DNA of 64,000 bases from an uncultured Anaerolineales bacterium. Lineage in GTDB: Bacteria > Chloroflexota > Anaerolineae > B4-G1. A model generated the notes under the pieces. The model was not told the DNA's origin and made no database searches. It worked only from the letters and a program-made list of their open reading frames with translations. Both the position numbers and the translations under genes were made by a program. The stretch covers positions 5,088-69,087 of the forward strand of contig CAYUIS010000003.1 in NCBI GenBank assembly GCA_964444825.1. The letters run 5' to 3'. Below are positions 17,926 to 25,445 of the stretch, one piece after another (within the stretch, counting starts at the first letter, position 1; each line of letters starts with the position of its first letter).

Positions 17926-18393
17926 ATGGCTGTTTTCACTGCCGCCCAAGCACTTGAAATGGCAATGGAAATCGAAAAGAACGGCGAGGTCTTTTACCTT
18001 GCCGCCGCCGAGAAGGTCGACGACTCCGAAGTCAAAACCCTGTTCAAAGACCTTGCCATCCAGGAACAGGGACACTACCAGATATTCCAGAAAATGTTGG
18101 GAGCGGTAGAACCAGCTCCTGATCTACCTGCGGCTGAGTTCGACCAGTACGATTCCTACATCCAGGTCGCCCTGGAGAACGCACTGTTCGCTGGACCAGA
18201 CAAGGCTCTAGCGATGGCGGAGCAGGCCGCGGATCGAGAGACAGGGCTGCGGGCGGCGCTAGGCTTTGAGAAGGACACGATGCTGTTCTTCTATGACGTG
18301 CGTGAGATGGTGGCCGAATCAGACCGAGAGGCCATCTCCAACGTCATTCGGGAGGAGAAGAAACACATGCGTCGGCTGGCCAAGATGCTGTAG
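17926..18393 (+). CDS. Rubrerythrin/erythrin-like ferritin-like diiron protein (no rubredoxin domain, no obvious targeting peptide)
   Basis: A single four-helix ferritin-like domain with MEIEKNGEVFY...LAIQEQGHYQIF and a second E..H half (EKDTMLFFY...REEKKHMRRL). Confidence 0.6.
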   Translation: MAVFTAAQALEMAMEIEKNGEVFYLAAAEKVDDSEVKTLFKDLAIQEQGHYQIFQKMLGAVEPAPDLPAAEFDQYDSYIQVALENALFAGPDKALAMAEQAADRETGLRAALGFEKDTMLFFYDVREMVAESDREAISNVIREEKKHMRRLAKML

Positions 18394-18407
18394 AGGCCAA
18401 TATACCT

Positions 18408-19610
18408 ATGCGTCCCATTGAGATTACACCCGGCATATACTGGATCGGCGTCAATGATCGCACCACCGACCTCTTTGAGGGACTGTGGCCCATTACGCAG
18501 GAAGGCGTCTCCTACAATTCGTATCTGATTGACGATGAAAAGAAAGCCATCATAGACCTGTCCAAAGCCCTAAAGACGGACGAGTTCTTTGATCAGATCG
18601 ATCAGGTCACCGACATCTCTCAGTTGGACTATATCATCATCAACCATATGGAGCCAGACCACTCTGGCGTCTTGCGCACGCTGTTGAGAATAGCTCCCCA
18701 GGTAACTATCTTGGGCACCCAAAAGACCCGCTCGATGCTCGAATCATTCTACGGCATCACCAGCGGCGTTGAGGTCGTCCAAGACGGGGACACCCTCCAG
18801 TTGGGTCGACATAGCCTCAAGTTTGTCTACGCACCCTTCGTGCACTGGCCCGAGACGATGATGACGTATGAAACCAGCCAGGAGATACTGTTCTCCTGTG
18901 ACGCTTTCGGCAGCTATGGTGCCTTGCGAGGCAGTATTTTTGACGATGAGTATGACGATCCCGAGTTCTATGAGCAGGAGGCGCTACGCTACTATGTCAA
19001 CATCGTGTCCGTCTTTAGCAAGCCGGTTCTGAAAGCGATTGAGAAACTGGCCAACGTACCGGTCTCCATTATCGCTCCTTCCCACGGCCTCGTCTGGCGG
19101 GCGAATCCACAGCGTATCGTCGAGCTCTACAAACAATGGGCGGAGTATGCCACAGGCCCCACAGAATTGGGCGTCACGCTGATCTACGGCTCGATGTACG
19201 GCAACACTGAGAAGATGATGAACGCCATAGCACACGGCATCTCTCAGGAGAGCGTACCGCTGGCTATCTTTGACGTAAACCACACGCACGTCAGTTACAT
19301 TCTACCTTCTATGTGGACGCAGCGAGGGGTGATGGTAGGTGCACCCACGTACGAAGGATCGCTCTTTCCCCCGATGGCCCAGGTGCTGACTATGGCCGCC
19401 ACCAAGCGAGTTCGTAACAAGCAAGTGGCTCGCTTTGGAAGCTATGGATGGAGCGGAGGCGCGCAGCGTCACTTTGAGCGGCTGATCGAGCCGCTGCAGT
19501 GGGAGCTGACGGAATCGTTCGAGTTTGTCGGCAGCCCGTCAAACGAGGATCTGAGACATGGCGAAGAGTTCGGAGCCAGGTTTGCGAGGATTCTGAAAGA
19601 CACTGATTGA
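18408..19610 (+). CDS. Flavodiiron protein (class A FDP: metallo-beta-lactamase-like diiron domain + flavodoxin domain); O2/NO reductase
   Basis: The N-terminal MBL-like domain carries INHMEPDHSG. The C-terminal flavodoxin-like domain carries GVTLIYGSMYGNTEKM, the FMN-binding loop. The length of 400 aa is typical. Confidence 0.8.
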   Translation: MRPIEITPGIYWIGVNDRTTDLFEGLWPITQEGVSYNSYLIDDEKKAIIDLSKALKTDEFFDQIDQVTDISQLDYIIINHMEPDHSGVLRTLLRIAPQVTILGTQKTRSMLESFYGITSGVEVVQDGDTLQLGRHSLKFVYAPFVHWPETMMTYETSQEILFSCDAFGSYGALRGSIFDDEYDDPEFYEQEALRYYVNIVSVFSKPVLKAIEKLANVPVSIIAPSHGLVWRANPQRIVELYKQWAEYATGPTELGVTLIYGSMYGNTEKMMNAIAHGISQESVPLAIFDVNHTHVSYILPSMWTQRGVMVGAPTYEGSLFPPMAQVLTMAATKRVRNKQVARFGSYGWSGGAQRHFERLIEPLQWELTESFEFVGSPSNEDLRHGEEFGARFARILKDTD

Positions 19611-19627
19611 TATTCTAGGAGGAACCA

Positions 19628-19804
19628 ATGGCACAGATGGAGAACTGGTGGAAGTGCTCTGAATGCGGATATACCCTTCAGGCCCCCACCCCACCCGAGG
19701 TTTGCCCTAGCTGCAAAGAGAAATGTATCTTTGTCGATGCCACGTGTTACACTCCCGAGTGTGGAGGACCGGGCAACATCGATCCTCAGATCGCACAAAA
19801 GTAG
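19628..19804 (+). CDS. Small rubredoxin-like Cys4 zinc-ribbon protein (58 aa; not in the ORF track)
   Basis: The protein reads MAQMENWWKCSECGYTLQAPTPPEVCPSCKEKCIFVDATCYTPECGGPG, with CxxC ... CxxC spacing like a rubredoxin / rubrerythrin C-domain. It starts 15 nt after the FDP stop and has a GGAGGAACCA RBS. Confidence 0.45.
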   Translation: MAQMENWWKCSECGYTLQAPTPPEVCPSCKEKCIFVDATCYTPECGGPGNIDPQIAQK

Positions 19805-19940
19805 CGAACACGCACCATCGACGACCCAGGAGCACGCGCACGGACCAAGATCACCGCAGTTGGAGCGCTCAGGCTGAATCATGCCCGCAGAGATAGGTCA
19901 TCGCGTCCTCACCTCTCAGTCGACATAGAGGAGACAGAAT

Positions 19941-21047
19941 GTGGATAAACAACGCATCCTGGTCGTAGATGACCATGAGCCCCTGCTGACAGCCATCCAG
20001 GGTATCCTGGAAGAAGAAGGCTATGCCGTCTTTACGGCCACTGACGGAACAGAGGCTCTGAATATGATGGAGGAGGTCTATCCCAGCCTCATCATCGCGG
20101 ATATCATGATGCCCCGTATGGATGGGTATGCTCTCTACGAAGCGATTCGCGCCCGGTCAGAGTGGATGGCTATTCCCTTCATCTTCCTCACTGCCAAGGC
20201 AGAGAGGGAGGACAAACTGAAGGGCAAAAGCCTGGGAGCAGAGGACTATCTCACCAAACCTTTTGATCCCGAAGAACTGGTCGTGGCAGTGGGCAGCAGG
20301 CTAGGACGTGCAAGGGATATCCAGGAGGCCGCGGATGCGCAGTTCGATCACCTCAAGCGGCAGATTGCCACTGTCCTGGGTCACGAGCTGCGCACCCCCC
20401 TTACCTATGTGCGTGGCTACACCGAACTGGCCCTGGAAGAGGCCTCTTCTACCGATGCTCTCCAGGATTTCCTCTTTGGGATCAAGCGAGGTGCTGACCG
20501 ACTGAATCAATTGGTCGAGGATCTTATGATGGTGGTCCAGGTAGACACGGGACGGGCCGCCGAAGAGTACAATATGCTGGTCCACAAGCACCCGGACATA
20601 GGGATGGTGGTCAAAGCCACTATGCACCGATTCAGGGAGCAGGCACAGGAACTCGGCGTAGCACTGGAATTCAAGGGAGAGTCAGACCTACCCCTGGTTT
20701 TGGTGCACGAGCCGTATTTTATGAATGCTCTAGGGAGGCTCATTGACAACGGCATCAAGTTCTCCCAAGGTGAAGGGAGCAAAGTCACAATCAGTGCTCG
20801 AGCCACGGAGGAATGGGTAGAGATCAGTGTGGCTGATCAGGGAATAGGCATTGCGCCCAAAGAACTTGAGCACATTTTTGAACGGTTCCGACAGATCGAC
20901 CGAGACAGGATGGAGCAGCAGGGTTCCGGGTTGGGACTGGCGCTTGCCACCGAGCTAATCCGGCTCCACGAAGGTGAGATCACTGTGGAAAGCGAACCAG
21001 GCAAGGGAAGTACCTTTACCATCCGATTACCCATAGCTGAAAACTAA
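19941..21047 (+). CDS. Hybrid response-regulator receiver / histidine kinase (REC + HisKA + HATPase_c)
   Basis: The N-terminal REC domain reads ILVVDDHEPLL...IADIMMPRMDG...LTAKAERE. The HisKA H-box is ATVLGHELRTPLT. The HATPase N/G boxes are LIDNGIKFS and GSGLGLALATELIRLHEG. The start is GTG 19941, with a GAGGAGA RBS. Confidence 0.75.
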   Translation: MDKQRILVVDDHEPLLTAIQGILEEEGYAVFTATDGTEALNMMEEVYPSLIIADIMMPRMDGYALYEAIRARSEWMAIPFIFLTAKAEREDKLKGKSLGAEDYLTKPFDPEELVVAVGSRLGRARDIQEAADAQFDHLKRQIATVLGHELRTPLTYVRGYTELALEEASSTDALQDFLFGIKRGADRLNQLVEDLMMVVQVDTGRAAEEYNMLVHKHPDIGMVVKATMHRFREQAQELGVALEFKGESDLPLVLVHEPYFMNALGRLIDNGIKFSQGEGSKVTISARATEEWVEISVADQGIGIAPKELEHIFERFRQIDRDRMEQQGSGLGLALATELIRLHEGEITVESEPGKGSTFTIRLPIAEN

Positions 21048-21131
21048 CCAGGTTAAGGGTGCTCGACAACCATCGGCAGCCAGCCACGTGGCTGACTGCC
21101 GACTATTACACAGACGTACAAGGAGGTATTT

Positions 21132-21422
21132 ATGTCAGAGGCAAAGGGGCACATAGAAGGATCCCAGGGAGATCGACGCACCGTGTTCTATGGATTATCT
21201 ACCTGCATCTGGTGCAAACGAACGCGCCAGTTCCTAGAAGACCAGCAGGTGGAATTCGACTATATTTACGTGGACAAGCTGAAGGGTGAGGAGAGAGAGG
21301 AAGCAGTCGAGGAAATCAAGCGCTGGAACAAAGCCGTGTCGTTCCCGACCATTGTAATCGATGATAAGGAATGCGTCATAGGGTACAAACCTGAGGAGAT
21401 CAAAAAGGCACTAGGACTGTGA
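21132..21422 (+). CDS. Glutaredoxin/thioredoxin-like CxxC protein
   Basis: Thioredoxin-fold motifs: TVFYGLSTCIWCKRTRQFLE ... FPTIVIDDKECVIGYKPEEI. The active site is CIWC. Confidence 0.6.
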   Translation: MSEAKGHIEGSQGDRRTVFYGLSTCIWCKRTRQFLEDQQVEFDYIYVDKLKGEEREEAVEEIKRWNKAVSFPTIVIDDKECVIGYKPEEIKKALGL

Positions 21423-21425
21423 ACT

Positions 21426-21785
21426 ATGAGTGAAGAAATCACCATCCCCCCTGATAGAGTAGACCGAGTCTACGAGAATCTGGACAAGTGGGCAGAGTCG
21501 ACCGGGTATCATCTCAATCCTGACCAAGAGTTTACCCGGCAACTGGTGGAAGGATTGCTCATCAATCGGCAGCGATACGGCTACCAGTCCTGTCCCTGCC
21601 GACTGGCATCGGGAGACAAGGACAGGGACAAAGACATCGTCTGCCCCTGCGCGTACCGCGATCCCGACCTGGAAGACTGGGGAGCCTGCTACTGCGCCCT
21701 ATATGTCTCGGATGAGGTCCTGCAAGGCGAACGTACGGTTCAGCCGATCCCGGAACGGCGGCCAGTGGAGAAGCAATTCCCGTAA
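21426..21785 (+). CDS. Ferredoxin:thioredoxin reductase catalytic-subunit-like protein (FTRc-like, 4Fe-4S + redox disulfide)
   Basis: Signature CPC...CPC...CYC arrangement ([41 protein letters not shown]). It begins 4 nt after the glutaredoxin-like gene and is in the same frame. Confidence 0.75.
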   Translation: MSEEITIPPDRVDRVYENLDKWAESTGYHLNPDQEFTRQLVEGLLINRQRYGYQSCPCRLASGDKDRDKDIVCPCAYRDPDLEDWGACYCALYVSDEVLQGERTVQPIPERRPVEKQFP

Positions 21786-21981
21786 GCAGCGCCCACACAA
21801 GCATCCGCCAGACGTTCATCCGGCCACGTCCTTACAATCTGATCGTTTAGGTCAGGCACCGTACAGACGCCTGTCTAACTCGGATGTGTGCAGACGACCT
21901 GCAGGCACAGTCTTTGTGCCGCCCTAGTCGACTGAGAAGCAGCCTATCGAGAATCAGGCGCTCTATTTCCGGAGGTTTAGG

Positions 21982-22713
21982 TTGACAGAAAGCCGAATAG
22001 GAGACTCGTTCCAACAATCCACGAAATATCAGCGTGACAAACTGCCGGGTGGCAGGCTCGATTGGGCCAGCAAACCCGCAGGCTATAAGCGATACCCCTC
22101 CGCCCTCAAGATCGTGCTTAGTCCACCACAGGTCGACGCCGGAGCACCAATCTGGCAAGTCCTTTTCCGCCGGCGCAGCGAGCGTCGCTTTCAAGACACA
22201 CCGATCCCAGAGACTACCCTATCACAGTTGCTGTGGGCGACACAAGGAATCACCAGAGTTGGCCAGGGTATCGGGTTTCGCACCGCCCCATCTGCTGGGG
22301 CGCTCTATCCCATAGAGACCTACTTGGTGATCCACGCAGTGGAGGGTATCGAACCGGGCATCTACCACTACGCCGTCGATCAGCACGCGCTGGAGACGCT
22401 CAGGACAGGCGACTTTCGGACTGACATTGCCCGTGCTGCCCTTGACCAGGACATCGCCTTTTGGGCCAACGTGGTCTTTGTCTGGACAGCGGTTTTCGAG
22501 CGCTCAAAGTGGAAATACCGACAGAGAGCCTACCGCTATATCTACCTGGATGCCGGTCACATCGCCCAAAATGTCGCGCTTGGTGCAGTAGCCCTGGGAC
22601 TGGGCAGTTGCCAGATCGGGGCCCTGTATGACGACGAGGCAAACGCTCTGCTACAGGTGGATGGTGACGAGGAGAGTACCATCTATATGACAGTCGTTGG
22701 GAAACCGCGCTGA
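21982..22713 (+). CDS. SagB-type dehydrogenase domain protein (nitroreductase superfamily)
   Basis: The N-terminal FQQSTKYQRDKL (the YHExTKH-like SagB motif) and the nitroreductase-fold C-terminus (RYIYLDAGHIAQNVALGAVALGLG). The start is TTG, with a GGAGG RBS. Confidence 0.65.
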   Translation: MTESRIGDSFQQSTKYQRDKLPGGRLDWASKPAGYKRYPSALKIVLSPPQVDAGAPIWQVLFRRRSERRFQDTPIPETTLSQLLWATQGITRVGQGIGFRTAPSAGALYPIETYLVIHAVEGIEPGIYHYAVDQHALETLRTGDFRTDIARAALDQDIAFWANVVFVWTAVFERSKWKYRQRAYRYIYLDAGHIAQNVALGAVALGLGSCQIGALYDDEANALLQVDGDEESTIYMTVVGKPR

Positions 22714-22880
22714 GTGCCGACGGACCTGGTTTGGATCCGTAAACTGTGCCTGCAATGTGATCCGCGATCCACGTCACAACCAGCATCTCACAAGAAAAGC
22801 TCTGATGCCGAAGCGGGTAAGATCGAAACGCCAAGCACGTCTATAGCATATGAGGCGTCAGCACGAGTCAAGGAGAGCTA

Positions 22881-25004
22881 AACATGTAATGTTTAGTGGC
22901 GCGAACCGCGCCGAATAAATCAATTCCGCTTTTGTGGTACATTTATCCCGCATCTTGTTTGCGGGAGTAGACGTGAATATCCATATCGCACTATCAGATT
23001 GCACGTTATCAACTGAACACCAGGCCATCGTTAATGCGCTCAATAGGTTTCTGGCATTGCTACCAGACGATGACGATCCCGACGCGGCCCTCCGGCTGGC
23101 GATGGAGATACTGGAAGCCGCCGATGTGGCTCCGCAGGAAGTGCTGGCACAGACGGCGGGCTTCACCCAATCCCGTTCAGTGCGGGCATACAAGCAAAGA
23201 CTGCGGGAAGAAGGTCTGAGCGGACTGTTTGACCGTCCGATTCCAGGGCGGCCGGCAGTCACCACGCAGCCAGTGGTCGAGAGGGCGCTGCTCCAGCACA
23301 TCTTGAGCGCCGTGATCGAGGAGCACGCGTTGCCTGACGACGAAGTGTTGGCCCAGCGAGTAAACCAGGAGTTGAGCATAGCGCAAGCTCCAGAAGCAGG
23401 AAGTGTGACTGCTTCAATGGTCGAGAGCATCCGCCTACGGTGGGAGGTGCGACGTCCGGTCATTGCCCAGAAGTTGCAGGCCTCGCTGTCGTCGGAGGCA
23501 GTCGAGTCGGACACGGCCCAGCTTGGGCGCACGCGGGTTGGGGGTGCCTTCATCCTGGCCATTTTGCTGGTGGAGATAGGATGGTTGAGGTTTGCCCATC
23601 TGCTGCCCATGGCCCGTGGGTATGCGGTGACGGCGACCCAATGGCTGCTGACGGCTATCTTCTCCGTCATCTACGGCATCCGGCGGGCGTTTCACCTGGA
23701 CGATGTACGGGACATTGGGTTTGCCCTGCTGACCGGACGTCCACGGCCACTCACCCACGGCACCTTCCAACACTTGTTGCGCGCCATAGCGGCGGAGGAT
23801 GCAGAGCGGTTCTACCAGGCCACGGCTGAGCAAGAAGTCCAAGCGTTGGGGAATGGGACGCGCCGCATCAGCCTGGATGGGCACAACTTGCCGCGCTGGA
23901 CGCGCTTGGTGGACCTGGTCAAAGGCAAGATTGGCAACACGGGCCGCATTCTCAAGGCGGACGAGTTGGTGTTAGCCTACGATCTGGATGCGCTCCGCTG
24001 GCTGGGCTTGCGGGTCTATCAAGGGACCAAGAAGCTGAGCAAAGGCTTGATCGAGATCGTGCGCGAGTTGCTCAAGCACCGAGGGACGCTCGATGGTCTG
24101 CTGCGCTTGTTCTTCGACAAAGGGGGCTACAGTGGGCAGAACTTCCGGGCGCTGGCTGATGAACCAGCTGTCCATTTCTACACACCAGCGGTGCGGTATC
24201 CAGGCAGTGTGACCCAGTGGGAGCAACTGCAGGAGACCGACTTTGATTCAGAACCGTTCGTCTTCGACAAGCACGCAGACCTACCCGAGGAAGAACGGCC
24301 CGCCTATCGCCTGGCTGACACGGAGATGACGATCAACGTGTGGGAGAAGCAGAAGGTGGTGGACACCATTACGCTACGGGCTATCATCGTCCACGACCCC
24401 CAAGGAAAGAAGCCAGCCGAGCGCTGGCCGGTGGTCCTGCTCACCGATGACCGCCAGATCGAGGCCAGGGATTTGCTCAACGAGTTTGGTGACCATTGGG
24501 GCCAGGAGTTTGGGCATCGAATTGGCAAACACGACCTGTACCTGGACATCCTGCCACAAGGGTATGTGCTAAAAACCCAACGAGACAAGCAGGGACGACT
24601 GCACCGCGAGGTCGAGTACGATCAAACGGCCCTTTTCCTGTCCGCTTGGCTGCGTTGCCTGGTGTTCAACCTGATGAGCTGCTTTGCCCAAGCATTGGGA
24701 GGAGAGTACGCCAAGATGTGGGCTGGAACCTTGCTGAGAAAGTTCATACGCCGTCCGGCGACCCTGTATTTGATTGATAAAGAGCTACACGTCGTCTTTG
24801 ACCCCTTCCCGGGTCAAGATGAACTCCAGCCATTGCTGGACAAGCTAAACGTCAAACGAACACCGTTGCCTTGGCTCAACAACCTAGTCGTGCAGTTCAG
24901 CATCGCCCAGGATGAGCCACTTCATCCGCTGGCGGAGCCCGAAAAGCGGAATCGACTTTTTGGAGATGGAGAGCACCAGTGAAGCTCTCTAAACATTCCA
25001 TGTT
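22881..25004 (+). mobile_element. Putative insertion sequence (about 2.1 kb) with 16-bp imperfect terminal inverted repeats, inserted about 90 bp upstream of tRNA-His
   Basis: The left end AACATGTAATGTTTAG (22881-22896) and the right end CTAAACATTCCATGTT (24989-25004) are inverted repeats with 15/18 matching positions. They bracket a single 682-aa transposase-like ORF. No clear target-site duplication was found. Confidence 0.4.
22934..24982 (+). CDS. Putative DDE transposase (N-terminal HTH with the GLSGLFDRPIPGRP motif)
   Basis: The N-terminal helix-turn-helix is followed by ...EEGLSGLFDRPIPGRP, as in IS630/IS481-type transposase N-termini. Candidate catalytic acidic residues are ISLDGHNLPRW, LFFDKGGYSGQNF and VVLLTDDRQIEARD. 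The gene is flanked by inverted repeats. Confidence 0.5.
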   Translation: MVHLSRILFAGVDVNIHIALSDCTLSTEHQAIVNALNRFLALLPDDDDPDAALRLAMEILEAADVAPQEVLAQTAGFTQSRSVRAYKQRLREEGLSGLFDRPIPGRPAVTTQPVVERALLQHILSAVIEEHALPDDEVLAQRVNQELSIAQAPEAGSVTASMVESIRLRWEVRRPVIAQKLQASLSSEAVESDTAQLGRTRVGGAFILAILLVEIGWLRFAHLLPMARGYAVTATQWLLTAIFSVIYGIRRAFHLDDVRDIGFALLTGRPRPLTHGTFQHLLRAIAAEDAERFYQATAEQEVQALGNGTRRISLDGHNLPRWTRLVDLVKGKIGNTGRILKADELVLAYDLDALRWLGLRVYQGTKKLSKGLIEIVRELLKHRGTLDGLLRLFFDKGGYSGQNFRALADEPAVHFYTPAVRYPGSVTQWEQLQETDFDSEPFVFDKHADLPEEERPAYRLADTEMTINVWEKQKVVDTITLRAIIVHDPQGKKPAERWPVVLLTDDRQIEARDLLNEFGDHWGQEFGHRIGKHDLYLDILPQGYVLKTQRDKQGRLHREVEYDQTALFLSAWLRCLVFNLMSCFAQALGGEYAKMWAGTLLRKFIRRPATLYLIDKELHVVFDPFPGQDELQPLLDKLNVKRTPLPWLNNLVVQFSIAQDEPLHPLAEPEKRNRLFGDGEHQ

Positions 25005-25096
25005 ATTGTAAAGACCTTGCTAAACCTTTAGGGTCTCACCTGACAGTGTTTGACATTTCATCGGTTGTGTGGCATACTATGCACACGCCAATCCGT

Positions 25097-25174
25097 GGTG
25101 GATGTAGCTCAATTGGTTAGAGCACTGGTCTGTGGAACCAGAGGTTGCGGGTTCAAGTCCCGTCATCCACCCCA
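25097..25174 (+). tRNA. tRNA-His (anticodon GUG) with encoded G-1 and encoded 3' CCA
   Basis: Hand-folded cloverleaf. Acceptor GUGGAUG/CAUCCAC, with the extra 5' G-1 (25097) opposite discriminator C73. D arm GCUC-AAUUGGUUA-GAGC. Anticodon arm CUGGU-CUGUGGA-ACCAG (GUG). T arm GCGGG-UUCAAGU-CCCGU. The 3' CCA is 25172-25174. Confidence 0.9.
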
Positions 25175-25373
25175 AATCTGATACACGGCTATCACAGAAC
25201 ACTAGGACGAAAAGTTGAAGCCCGGAAAGAGCTCCTACTCAATCGCTTCAGTAACCCGCGTCCACCACCAACGAGCGTGGCGCCGTCCGCACGCGCATCA
25301 CCATCATACCACCAACCACGCTCGAAGGGAGCTCTGATAGATCAGACTCTGCAGAGTAGATCAGCTTCTTCAA

Positions 25374-25408
25374 GCGTGGAACACCCCGGTGTCCGCGCTT
25401 TTTCTTTT
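25374..25408 (+). terminator. Intrinsic terminator/attenuator hairpin in the hisS leader (11-bp stem, CCCG loop, UUUUUCUUUU tract)
   Basis: The sequence GCGUGGAACACC-CCCG-GGUGUCCGCGC is followed by TTTTTCTTTT and ends about 38 nt before the hisS ATG. Upstream lie a CA-rich His-codon-rich tract (25261-25320) and a TAGATCAG direct repeat flanking a CTCTGCAGAG palindrome. Confidence 0.5.
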
Positions 25409-25445
25409 GCACAGCCCGGTCATAGTCACTCCAGGAGGCCAAAAG

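Noticed and set aside
21785-21982. Small hairpin GGCAC-AGTCTTT-GTGCC as terminator after the FTRc-like gene
   Set aside because: Only a 5-bp stem with no following U-tract. Insufficient for a terminator call.
22875-25010. Target-site duplication flanking the putative IS
   Set aside because: The flanks (..GAGAGCTA / TTATTGTAAAG..) share no direct repeat, so the IS boundaries and recent mobility remain unproven.
25261-25335. Possible classical his-operon leader peptide (HHHHTTNH...)
   Set aside because: No in-frame ATG/GTG/TTG with an RBS precedes the His codons. It is treated as an RNA-level or relic element rather than a translated leader.
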